64,000 nucleotides of DNA, from contig NC_057719.1 of the NCBI RefSeq assembly GCF_004010195.1, positions 81,576,340-81,640,339 of the forward strand, given 5' to 3'. This DNA comes from Chiloscyllium plagiosum (Eukaryota). The notes below the pieces were generated by a model. That model searched no databases. It was not told the DNA's origin and saw only the letters and a list, made by a program, of their open reading frames with translations. The translations under genes were made by a program, and so were the position numbers. Positions 1 through 11,699 of the stretch are shown one piece after another (the first letter of the stretch is position 1; each line of letters opens with the position of its first letter).

Positions 1-1790
1 CTATAATTGCTATGATATCCCAGTCCCATGTTCCTAACCATGCCCTGAGTTCATCTGCCTTCCCTGTTAGGTCCCTTGCATTGAAATAAATGCAGTTTAA
101 TTTATCAGTCCTACCTTGTTCTCTGCTTTGTCCCTGCCTGCCCTGACTGTTTGATTCGCTCCCTTTCCCAATTGTACCAGTCTCAGATTGATCTCTTTCC
201 TCACTGTTTCCTTGGGTCCCACCTCCTTACAAGTTTGAACCCTCCCAAGCAGCTCTAGTAAATCTCCTGCCAGTATATTAGGCCCCTTCCAATTCAGGTG
301 CAACCCGTCCTTCTTGTACAGGTCATTTCTACCCCAGAAGAGATTCCAATGATTCAAAAATGTGAATCCTTCTCCCGTACACCAGCTCCTCAGCCACACA
401 TACAGCTGCTCTATCCTTCTTTTCCTACCCTCACTAGCTCGTAGCACCAGGAGTAATCCAGATATTACTATCCTCGAGGACGTCATTTTTAAATTCCTGC
501 CTAACTTTCTATATTCTCCCGTCAGAATCTCATCCTTTTCCCTTCCTATGTTGTTAGTTCCAATGTGTACAATGACCTCATGCTGGTCCATCTGCCCCTT
601 GAGAACATTCTGCACTCTATCTGAGACATCCTTGATCCTGGGATCAGGGAGGCAACACACCATTCTGATTTTTCACTCCTAGCCACAGAAACTTCTGTCT
701 GTGCCTCTGACTAGACAGTCCCCTGTCACAATCGATCGCTTGGAACACAACATATCCCTCATTGCATTAGAGCCTGTCTCGATACCAGAAATTTGGCTGT
801 TTGTGTTACATTCCCCAGAGAGTCCACCACCCCTAATATTTTCCAAAACTGCATACTTGTTTGAGATGCGGATAGCCTCAGAAGACTCCTGCACTACCTG
901 CCTACCCCTCCTGCTTTTCCTGGAGTTAACACATCTACCTGACTGTATCTGTGGCTTTTCTGCCTCCCTACAGCTGACATCTATCACACCCCCTAGCTCT
1001 TGAAAATTCCTCATTGCCTCTAACTGTCGCTACAACTGATCAATGCAATCCAAAAGAATTCACAACCAAACACACCTTCTGCAGACATAATCAACAGTAA
1101 CGTGGAAACTCTCCCTAAATTCTCACATCTGACAGGAAGAGCATATCAGTCTACTAAAGGCCAATTTGCTCCTTCATGATCAACAGACCCAGAAAATGTC
1201 CCCGTCTTTTTGATCTAAAAATCAGTGCTCCAGGCTATTTTAGTACTTATGGTTTATATTTTTAAAATTTAATCAACAGACAGATTTCAATAAAACATAT
1301 AATCAAGAAAGAATCCACTCTATTCAGTACTGCAGACTTATAGCAAGGTTACATGTTGAAAACTATATGCTTATCTGTTCCTGTGCTGTGCGCTGTCCCA
1401 CACAGGTTCCTCCAAGGTCAGCTGTGAATTTTGCTGTTTATTAATTTTTTCTAGATGCACTCTGATCTCCAGAGATACATGGACTCAAACAGCAAAGGCA
1501 GTAACTGTGCAAATTCACTGATGTGTCCGTTAGCAATGTTTGTTTCTTTCTCTCTCTCCCTCCCTCCTGACCATGTGTTCGATGCCTTTGTCTGTCTTTC
1601 CTCCTTTTAAAAGTGCTCTTGTTTTGACTTTTTTTGCCCCAAAGTTGTGAAAGAATGCAACAGCATATAAAACAGTAATTGCTGTTCCTGGAATTCGAGG
1701 AAATCACCTCCAACACCTAAAATACCTCAAAAAAGGAGCAGCTTTTCCAGCCACAATTATTTCTGTCCTCCATCTTGGATTACCCAGAAT
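1..1790 (-). mobile_element. CR1/HER1-clade LINE 5' portion: 5'UTR, ORF1 with SGNH esterase (interrupted) and the start of the ORF2 AP endonuclease
   Basis: ORFs 679-1014 and 97-663 carry the esterase blocks GDCLVR, VHIGTNN and DGLHLN. Bases 97 to 1 read LNCIYFNARDLTGKADELRAWL, an APE N-terminus. Confidence 0.85.
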
Positions 1791-1809
1791 CCTTCCACTG
1801 ATGCCTGAA

Positions 1810-2716
1810 AGTGTCAGCACAGGGTGGTGAACAAGGCATATGGGATGCTTGCCTTCATTCGCCAGGGAATAGACTATAGGAGCAAGGAAGTCTTGTTACA
1901 ACTGTATGAAATATTGCCCAGGTAACTGCATGCAGTTCTGGTCACTGCACTATTGGTCGGATTTGGAGGAGATTCACCAGGATGTAGCCTGGGATGAAAA
2001 GTCTCAGTTATGAGGAGAGACTGGGTAGGCTGGGTTTGCGTTCCTTGGAGCAAAGGAAGCTGGGGAGATCTGATTGAGGTATACAAAATTTTGAGAGGCA
2101 TAGACAGAGTGCATAGAACATTCCAGCGCAGTGCGGGTCTTTCGACCTTGATGTTGCGCCCCCCCTGTGAAACCAATCTGAGCCCATCTAACCTACACTA
2201 TTCCATTCTTGTCCATATACCTGTAAAGTTGGCGAGTCCACTACTGTTGCAGACAGTGCGTTCCACACCCTTACTACTCTCTGAGTAAAGAAACTACCTC
2301 TGACATCTGTCCTATATCTACCATCCCTCAATTTGAAGCGATGCCCCCTCTTGCTATCCATCACCATCTGAGGAAAAAGGCTCTCACTGTCCACCCGATC
2401 TAACCCTCTGCTTATCTTATATATCTCAAAATCGTCCACCGTGAGAATCTCTTTCTCAGGACATACATGTCTAAGACTGGATAGCATAGGCTTAAGCTGA
2501 GGACCAAGTGGATCTGAGGAAAATATTTTTCACCCAGAGGGTGATGGAGACAAATACTGTTGCAACGTTTAAGGATGAATAATTAAAATGCCAGGGCACA
2601 GTAGGCAGTGGACCAAGTGAAGATGAATGGGGTGGGTGTTGTTTAGTGTTTGTTGCTCAGCATGGACATGGTGGACCGAAGGGTCTGTTTTCATGCTGTA
2701 TGATCCTATAACTCTG
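1810..2716. mobile_element. CR1 LINE 3' fragment (+) with a second CR1 3' end inserted in opposite orientation (~2112-2425, -)
   Basis: CR1 ORF2 C-terminal motifs (GDLIEVYKILRGIDRV; RGSFFTQRVVRVWNAL) on both strands. Confidence 0.8.
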
Positions 2717-2761
2717 TGTACACACATGTTACAATGGCGCGGTGTTCTTCTTGTCACTTAG

Positions 2762-2975
2762 GGAGTTTCAAGGCTGGCAATGGTGGGCGGATCCTGAAGA
2801 AGTACTGTGAAAATGAGAAGCTGTGCTTTGAGCAACTGAAAACTGATTCGCTAGCTCCCTTTGTGCCCCATTACTATGGCATTACACATGAAGATGGAGA
2901 GTGGTATATTCAGCTGGATGACCTGTTGGCTGAGTTTGACAGCCCCTGCGTCATGGACTGTAAAATGGGAACAAG
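2762..2975 (+). CDS. ITPKA: Inositol-trisphosphate 3-kinase A, internal coding exon ([19 protein letters not shown]...[13 protein letters not shown])
   Basis: Acceptor ttgtcacttag|, donor AG|gtaagt. The peptide carries the IPK signature PCVMDCKMG (PxxxDxKxG). Paralog assigned by convergent adjacency to LTK, as in human. Confidence 0.93.
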
Positions 2976-5206
2976 GTAAGTGATAACCTTTTATGAAATC
3001 CACATTGGTGTCACTGATGACCTGGAAGTGGCCATCGTAGCACAAGGATCTGTATTTGTATCCCACCTATCCTAGTCCTTTACAGGCACAGGAGTGCTTT
3101 TAAAGTACAGTGGCTGTTGTACTGTAGGAAGTGTGAAGGTTTGCTGATTCAGGAGAAGACCGCACCTCACTTTGTGCTCAGCCAAGCACAAGGCATGTTA
3201 TTTATCAACAAATGGAGGTGAAAGGTTAAGGTTCATAGTGCAGACAAAATCTTCAGCCTCTGCTGCTTCATAATGGTGACAGCCGTATCCGCATACTCTC
3301 TTTCATTCTTCACATACAGTGTGATGACCAATTTGAATGGACCATTGAAAATTGATTGTTCCAGTGTTCTTCTCCCATTGTAAAACTTCCTAAACTTGCA
3401 CTTGTCTAAACTTCTGTTCTCTCTGGTACTAGGGCAGACAATGATATTATTGTTGGGCTGTTCCTGCAGAGATCCAGGTAATGTTCTGGGGTTCAAATCC
3501 CACCACAACATCTGGTGGAATTTGAGTTCAATTAAAAGAAATCTGCAATGAAGAGTCTGATAACTCATGAAATTAATTGTCGATTCTTGTAAAAACCGAT
3601 CTGGCTCACTAATGTCATTTAGGGAAGGAAACTGCCATCCTTGCCTGGTCTTGTCTACATGTGACTCCAGACCCACAGCAGTGTGGTTGACTCTTAACTG
3701 CCCTCTGTGCAATTAGAAATGGGCAATAAATACTCGCCTGGTCAGAGATGCCCTCATCCCGTGAATGAATAACAAAAGTCTGAGGGCCCCAGTTTACCCG
3801 TGATCTATATTCTTCTCTATTTGCTCTGGGGCTCCACAGCTCCCTGAGTCTAAAACCTGCTCTGACTGCAGCACTCTGGGATCTCCGTGTAGCTCTCGTT
3901 CTAAATACTTGAGTATCCCCTGGTTTTTGTCTCTGGGCTGTGGGTGACTGGGCCTTCGTTTACCAAGTCTGTAAGTGATTCCCTTCTTAAACAATTTTCA
4001 AATCTCTACCTTTCCTCATTGAGAACATGGCGTCAAAACTATCTTTTACCAAGCTGTTGGTCAGACGGTGTAATGAGCCTCAGGGCCAGTTTTGTTTTGA
4101 TTTACAGCCCTGTAGAGTGTCTTGGGCGGTTTTACAACATTGCAAGTGGGGTAAGTGTGTATTGTTCTTGTTGTTGAACTTGGACCAGCCCAGTGAATTA
4201 CTGGACCAGGGCAGACCAGTGACCAGTTAGACTGGGCTATAGTGAGAAGCCAGACCAGGATTTGCACAGTGAGCAGTTAGGCTGCAAGGCACATCAACAA
4301 GATGGGTTATGATTGTCAATAAGTGTCAGGCTGCAAACGCTACATGTCTCAATCCAGCTCAGCAAGCCCTACCATTTACTCCTTGGCCCTAAGTCGCTTG
4401 AGTTTGCAGTGTGTTTCGAGACTGACTGGACTATACAGTTTGCATCCCTTACACAGCTAATGAGATGTGAAGCAGCAGTCACAAATGGTTTAGCCTCATG
4501 TGTCTGTGACCACCCCCTCTCTCTCACATACATGCAAACAACAGACGACCAACACTTCTGTTTTTGTACTGCAGCTTCCAGTCTGTTTCTCTGATTGGCT
4601 GGTTTGTAGAATGCTAGCTCACCAAGGAGAGATAAGAAGCATGTAGCTGACAACTACGTAGATCTTTATCGCCACCGGATCTGTGTTTCCCCTCTAGGAC
4701 TCCACTGCTTGAAAACCACAAGAACCTATCGAACTTGTTTGCTTCAGTCAATCCCATTGAACTTCCCTAGCTGTCATGTCTGAGTTATTATTGAATTTCC
4801 ACATGTTCCGTTTTAACTACAGGGCAGGCAGTGCATGGTACCTACATCATCCAAGTATTCATCTGGCCTGCATCTTAAAACATCTCCATACACACGGTGC
4901 TCCATGAGGAATATAAGGAAACACAAATGTTCAGTGTATATTCACCATGTAAGGGTCAGCAATGTTGCACTTCCAACAGGAACATGCCAGTTCAGCTGGC
5001 CCACTACCTCGTCTTTAAGACCTGACCCTTGCCTCTGAAAGGGGCAATTGGAGAGTGTGGGTTCCATACCCTACTTCAGATACTTGAGATAATGCAGGCT
5101 AATGATCCAGGCTAACACTCCAGTCCGGCCCTTATGGAGGAGTGCTTGTCTCCTGAAACAGCTTTCCAGCCTTGAACCCAGGCCCCACCTTCTGCCTTTC
5201 TCCTAT

Positions 5207-5590
5207 TCATTCATAGAATGTGGGTATCACTGGGTCAAACCGCTGCTGGAACAACCCTTGAGACGGTGATGAGGTGAGCTGCATTCTTGAACCACTGCAG
5301 TCCAATTGCCGTAGGTTGACCCACAATGCCATAGGGAGAGAATTCCAGGATTTCGGCCCAGTGACCACTGAAGGAACAATGATATATTTCCAAGTCAGAA
5401 TGGTGAGTGGTTTGGAAGAGAACTTGCAACTGGTGAAGTTGCCTTCCTTTGAGATGGGAGTGTTTGTGGGTTTACTGTCTGAGGAGGCTTCACGAATGTC
5501 TGCTGTGCATCCTGTAGTGGGCACACACAACTGCTACTGAGTGTCGCTGGTGGAGGGAGTAGATTTTTATGGATGTAGTGCCAATCTCGG
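5207..5590 (-). mobile_element. CR1-like LINE 3' fragment of a second family (related pieces at ~3450-3775, 46275-46570, 50905-53240, 55180-55400, 63600-63990)
   Basis: Recurrent blocks: ...TILTWKYI(I/T)VP...G(P/S)KSWNSLP... and gactgcagtggttcaag. Confidence 0.7.
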
Positions 5591-7315
5591 ATGAACAGAA
5601 AAGGATGCTCTCTATTTCAAGCAAAACCTGTGGCGTTCCCTCTGATAATATAGTGAGATTGTCTCTGCAGACTTTGGTGTACATCTGAACTGTTGTGATG
5701 GTAAAAAAACATGATAGTCAATTCTTGCATAGCAGCAAGAATGAAATGAGTGAGCAGCTATACTCTTTGTAGTAATGTGGATTGAGACATCAATATGGAA
5801 CATAGCAATGGGAAAAAATACCCTGTTCTTTCTCCACTAACACCCCAGGGTCTTTTACATTCACCTGCAAAGGGCCACAACTTAATTCCGAGCTGAAAGG
5901 TGTGGCCCAGCGCTCTCTCGGTGCTGCACTGGAGTGTCAATTGTCAGTTAAGATCCTGGAGTGGGACCCAGAACCAAGGGTGAGCGAAGGCTGATTTCTA
6001 AGCCTGCCACTGAGATAGTTTCCCCAGTAGCATTGGGAGTGAGGCCCTGCAGTAATGAGTCTCACTGCTGGTGTTTCCTGGTGGAATAGCTGCCCTCTGC
6101 TTGCTTCTGCAGATTGCCTGACCGCGGGGGTGAAGGGCAACTAACCTGTTACCTTGGGGGAGCCTGTCCAGGTGGGAGTCAGGGGTGCCTTTGTAGATGG
6201 AATGACCATTGAGGTGCTCTGGGTGACTGTATCCCCAGGCAGAAGCTTGGCACTGCCAATGTAGGAGGGAGGTCATAAGGGCTCCTCCAGTTGAAAGCGC
6301 CCTCTGAGCAGTTCATTGAGGTAAACTGTGGCCAGCGTGACCGGACCATCATTGTGGAGGGAGCATGTTTCCACTCAGGTGACGTGTGACTCTCTGGTAT
6401 CTGTTTATCAATGGGTTGGCGGGCTGGAATAGTTAATGGAGATGTTGTCAGCATCCCCCCACCCCCACAACTTCCTCTGCCTTCAGTGTAACTACAGGGA
6501 GGCTTCCTCCAGTCATCTGCCTGTCTTCAGCCTGAGTCAGTAAGCTCCTTACTGGGAGTCTGTCACTAAACTCGCCACAAGGTGCGTACCTAATCTGTCG
6601 TTGAGAAAAAGATATTAGATTGGGGCACAGAGAATCTGAGATACCATGGCTCCGGAGCAAAGACTCTGCCTTCTTTCTCTTCCTCTGCAAATCCATCTGG
6701 AAGATCTCCTTGCCACAAGTGCAGAATTCCTAGAGATGAATTTGAAATTTACACCACTGTCTCCAACAAAGTGAAGTTAGCTAGAACTGATCCAGGACGA
6801 CATTGCCTTGCCAACAGCTTGTGTGCAAAGTGACTGGAGCTGCAGATCAATCTTCACGCTAATCAGTAAATATTTATTTTTGAGTGTAAGTCCATGCTCA
6901 GACTTCTAAGATAACATTCTGCCGAGTATATTTTTTCCCCCAATTTTGTGGGGGAGGTGAGTGTGTGAGGTCTGTGAGGGTTAGTTTTCAAAAAAGACAG
7001 TTGTATGTATTTTGTTAATCTTTACACCTTTGGTTGAGTAAGTTTTGTTTGCAATAAACTAGAGCTTTATTTGTTAATTGTAGATAACAGCAGTCCCTGT
7101 AGTTACTGTGGAGAACAGCAGTCCACGATAACATTTTAGAGAAGACCAGTTCTGACTATATTACTGAAATCAGCAGTTTCCATTTATATTATAGTGAACT
7201 GCAGTTACAGTCTCTCTGACAGAAAGGAGTGAAGAGAATTTCCTAAATATGATGCACTGAACAGGAGTTTTTGTGTATGCGGAGGTGAACAGAACCTGTT
7301 TCTAATACTGAATTA

Positions 7316-7845
7316 CAGAGGAACGTCGATTATCCGAAAGTCAATTATCTGAATATGAGATTATCTGAAGGAGATCTCGAGGTCCCGATAGACACATTAC
7401 ATCAAAGGGCAGTTTCAACCCTGATCATGTCTTTTGTCACTGTGAAACGCTGCCAAGAACAGTGCTGGACATCAATGGGAGCCCAGGCACCGTCTCCAAA
7501 TAACTGACCCTCCCCCCCCTCCCCCCCTTTCTCTCTCTCTCACCCCACACTTTCTCTGGAGTTCTGCATAGGGGTGAACCCTAAACCCCCCCCCCCCCCT
7601 TCCTCAGATATTCTCTCTAACATTGTCCGTTACAGGGCAAAGGAGGCTGTTGTGGGGGGGGGGGTTGGGTGGACAGAGGTTGGGGGCGGTGTTGGACGGG
7701 GTTGGGGGTGGGGCTCACACGTGCTGTGCTGCTGCGCGGGGTGTGCTGAGCCCCAGAGGAGAGGCATTAAATCAATTCACCGAATAATCAATTATCTGAA
7801 CAAAATAGTGCCTGCCCATTTTATTCAGATAATCAAGGTGCCTCT

Positions 7846-7846
<1 letters not shown>
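7316..7846. mobile_element. Tigger/pogo-like non-autonomous DNA transposon (MITE)
   Basis: Left TIR cagaggaacgtcgattatccgaa preceded by TA; right end ttcagataatcaaggtgcctcta is complementary at 18 of 23 positions; subterminal attatctgaa repeats. Confidence 0.7.
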
Positions 7847-7847
<1 letters not shown>

Positions 7848-7888
<41 letters not shown>

Positions 7889-7899
7889 TGAGAGAGCGA
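7848..7899. repeat. Compound (GT)n(GA)n microsatellite
   Basis: Directly visible. Confidence 0.95.
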
Positions 7900-8393
7900 G
7901 AACACAGTAGGGAAGTGGTACACTCCTAATTCAGTGGTAACATTAATAATTAGTGACCAGACATTGTCAGATGGCTGACTGTTACTAAAGGCAGGTTCTG
8001 CCTCACCCTCCCTTCTTTGCCTCCATGAAGTGGAACTCTTTTTGCAACACACTCCGTGCATTGACCAATCATTGTTGTGTGGTCCTTTTCTTTCTTCATG
8101 ACTTCATCGGTTACTTTGGGTGGAAAGTCTTGTGTGGGCTCAGAAGCCTCTTCCTGGATAGAGATATCATCGACAGTTATGTTCGGGCTCTGGCTTTATC
8201 TTCTTGGCATTGCCCTTGTGTGCTGCTGTGGTTTTGACCCTGTTGTCAGAAGTGTGCTCTACAGAGCTGATTTTCAGCACAGAGGTGTTAGAACACTCTC
8301 ATTTGAGATGATATTTAGCAACTAACCGCTGTTAAGCCAAGTCAAAACCCATTAAGAAAGGACTTAAATAGAAACAATGTGGTTTGTGTGTCA

Positions 8394-8805
8394 GCTGCGC
8401 TCAGTTGGACTCTTGTCAGAAATTTTGGGTTCAAGACCAATTCGAGAATCTTGAAGTAAATATCTAGGCAGACACCCCAGTGCAGTGCCAAGAGAGCACT
8501 ACCCTCTCAGAATTGCACTGTTTGAGTACTATTTGCCCTGTAAGGTGGACGGAAAAGAACACGTGTCCTATTCCAAATAAGAACAGATGGAATTTCTCAC
8601 TGCAGCTCTTGTCAGTATTGACATTGAGCAACTACCTTTGGTGATTAAAAACAAATTATCTGCTCTTTATCACACTTCAATTTGCCGATTTTGTTGAGTG
8701 AAGGTTGGCTGCTGTGTTATCAACATTACAATACGGACTGCTCTTCAAAAAGACTTACTCGGTGGTACAACATATGGGATGCACTCACGTCTGGTCAGAC
8801 GCTAC
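8394..8805 (+). mobile_element. Old Deu-domain SINE (SacSINE1/AmnSINE1-like); related decayed copies at ~5700-5990(-), 15880-16130(+), 23700-24080(-), 30860-31200(-), 43070-43310(+), 48810-49230(+)
   Basis: tRNA-like head (gctcagttgg...gggttcaag) followed by a Deu-like core (ctaggcagacaccccagtgcagt...gcact). Family recognised from memory; heavily diverged. Confidence 0.6.
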
Positions 8806-8926
8806 ATTTTTTTTCATTCATGACATGAGGATGGGTGAAAGGGCATGAGGAAGCAATGGGGTACTGTACTTTTGGGCTTTAGTTAATCCTGCTGTGGTTC
8901 TGTTCGCTGAGCTGGAAGTTTTTGTT

Positions 8927-8966
8927 GCAAACGTTTCGTCCCCTGTCTAGGTGACATCCTCAGTGC
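8927..8966 (-). ncRNA. Minimal type I hammerhead ribozyme motif in a Penelope-like terminal repeat
   Basis: Minus strand: GCA-CUGAGGA-U-GUCAC-(CUAGACAG)-GGGAC-GAAAC-GUU-UGC. Intact core, 3-bp stem I, palindromic ACGU stem III. Confidence 0.7.
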
Positions 8967-9038
8967 TTGGGAGCCTCCTGTGAAGTGTTGGGTAAATCGG
9001 TGTTACAGTGCAGTATGTGGGGTGTATCGGTGTTACAG

Positions 9039-9538
9039 NNNNNNNNNNNNNNNNNNNNNNNNNNNNNNNNNNNNNNNNNNNNNNNNNNNNNNNNNNNNNN
9101 NNNNNNNNNNNNNNNNNNNNNNNNNNNNNNNNNNNNNNNNNNNNNNNNNNNNNNNNNNNNNNNNNNNNNNNNNNNNNNNNNNNNNNNNNNNNNNNNNNNN
9201 NNNNNNNNNNNNNNNNNNNNNNNNNNNNNNNNNNNNNNNNNNNNNNNNNNNNNNNNNNNNNNNNNNNNNNNNNNNNNNNNNNNNNNNNNNNNNNNNNNNN
9301 NNNNNNNNNNNNNNNNNNNNNNNNNNNNNNNNNNNNNNNNNNNNNNNNNNNNNNNNNNNNNNNNNNNNNNNNNNNNNNNNNNNNNNNNNNNNNNNNNNNN
9401 NNNNNNNNNNNNNNNNNNNNNNNNNNNNNNNNNNNNNNNNNNNNNNNNNNNNNNNNNNNNNNNNNNNNNNNNNNNNNNNNNNNNNNNNNNNNNNNNNNNN
9501 NNNNNNNNNNNNNNNNNNNNNNNNNNNNNNNNNNNNNN
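9039..9538. other. Assembly gap (500 N; true size unknown)
   Basis: Run of N; the round number suggests a scaffolding placeholder. Confidence 0.98.
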
Positions 9539-9867
9539 TTCAGAGGGTCGGTGTGGAATCAATGGGCCGAATGGCCTGCTTCTACACTGTAGCAATTTCT
9601 ATGAAATAACTTGCCTCTGTCATCCAACTGGGTGGCACTGCCCTTGCCTATTCACAGTCTGAGAACCAGTACTTCCTTTTGTTGCTCCTTCATTGACGTA
9701 GCCACCAAAGCTCACTCCCTATTCCCTCTGCTTTCTCATCTCCACACGGCCTGTTCAGCATATCCTCCAAAATCATAGTGTCAATTCCACGAGTAACATT
9801 GACAATACCCAACTCTATGTCACCGCCACCACCTTCCAGTACCAGGGGGTCACAGTTTAAGGATACA

Positions 9868-10020
9868 GGGTTAGATTTAGATTACTTACAGTGTGGAAAC
9901 AGGCCCTTCGGCCCAACAGATCAACACCGACCCGCCGAATTGAACCGCCGGCGGGAATTGAACCCGGGTCTCTCGCGCTGTGAGGCAGCAGTGCTAACCA
10001 CTGTGCCACCGTGCCGCCCA
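9868..10020 (-). mobile_element. Internally deleted HE1 SINE inserted in a CR1 3' end (CR1 ~9842-10250, +)
   Basis: tRNA-like head ggcacagtggttagcactgctgcctcacagcgcg...gggttcaattcc joined directly to the HE1 tail; flanked by gggtt. Confidence 0.8.
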
Positions 10021-11699
10021 TGGGTTGGCCATGTAGGACTGAGATGAGGAGAAATGTCTTCACCCAGAGAGTGGTGAGCCTGGGGAATTCTCTGCTGCAG
10101 AAAGTGGTCAAGACCAAAGTATCGAATGTTTTCAAGAAGCAGATAGATATAGCTTTTCAGGTCAAAGGGTACAGGGAAAAAGTGGAAACAGGGTGTGGAG
10201 TTGGATGATAATGGCAGAGCAGGCTGAGGGCTACTCCTGCTCCTATGTTCCAAGTTTCAACCCTCTCCAATCGAAGAGCTATCTGATTGTTTGTCCAATG
10301 AACATCAATTCTGTTCCGTTAAATATGCTGAAGACTGAAGCTTTTGTCTTTGTGTCCCATCATAATGTCATCTTCCAAACTACTGATATGATTCTCCTGC
10401 CAAGCCCCTACCTCCGGCTGAACCGGACTCTTGCATCCTTGCCTTCCTGTTTGATCCTAATGATTCCTGTGGACCTTTTGGGTCAATGTTCAGTGCCTTT
10501 AACTTTCTCATGTGGCCACACATTCGGTGGTCTTTAACGGGGCACAAGGCATATGCTGCACTTTCTAGGCTACTGTGCAGTCGTACATACATGTCTTAGC
10601 GGGAACATTACTTGAGCTTCCAATGCCAAATCCTGTCCATCAGAGAGATGGCAAATCATCCACACCTCTGCTTCAATACAGCTGCTGCTTAAATCCTTAT
10701 CTGTATTTCTGTTGTCTCTGGACCCGTTTATTCCATCTGCTGGGTTTGGCTTCACGAAGTTGAGTCCGCTTGAAACTCTGCTGTCCATTTATTAATTCCA
10801 CTGTGCCCACCAATTGACACAGGTTCCATTTCCATCATTACCTCTAATTGCTATGTCCTTATTCTCGTGCCTAAATGCCTTACTTGCCTTAACTCAATCT
10901 CGCTCTGTAACTCCCTCCAGTCCTACAGCTTTCTAAGATGTTAGTGTTTCTCTAAATCTGGCTTCTCATTCATTCCTCATTCATCTTGCTACAGCTTCTT
11001 CCCCATCCCCCTGCTTTTCTTGGCTGCCTCAGCTGCCTGAGGACTGAACGCTAGAATTCCTTCCCTTAACTTCTTCACCATTGTTCTTCCTCCAAAAAGT
11101 TCCTTAAAACCTTCTTTGATAATGCTTTTGGGTCAACTGATCTCATAGCTCCTTATGGCAGTATTGTCTCACATTTTGATTGTGAAGTGCCCAGGGATGT
11201 TTTGCCACATTAAAGGTAATTGTAGAAATGTAAGTTGCAATTATTATTGTGTGGTTTGCTCCCAGTGAAGAGTTGACCCAACTGAATCAAGGTTGGAGAA
11301 TGGCCACAGAGGTGAGTGTGCCTGATCTCACAGAACCTTCCATTATTCGTCTTACTCAAAAGGAAGACTTGCGAGCATATATGAGCGGATATTGTGGGTC
11401 AGTGCAACTGTGTTGTAAAACGGGCTGGCATCACAGCCAAACCTCCACAGAGCATTGTGTTATCCTCAGGAAAATGTGGGAGCATCTGCCACCTAGTGGT
11501 AATATGGAGAGTGGCAATATACAGAACATGGGAATTTTGGAAAAGAGCTTGGATTGCATTTGTCATCCATAAAGTGTGTGTATATACTTAATATGCACAT
11601 ATGTACACATACATACACATGAACATACATTATAAACATTCGCAGATTAATAGATACTACTTTCATATCTATATGTAAAACACAAACTTACACAGAGGC

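Noticed and set aside
97..663. SGNH esterase ORF as a host gene
   Set aside because: It is CR1 ORF1. It has an upstream in-frame stop and runs directly into the ORF2 endonuclease.
8960..9662. Four long ORFs spanning 8960-9662
   Set aside because: They are artefacts of translating through the N gap.
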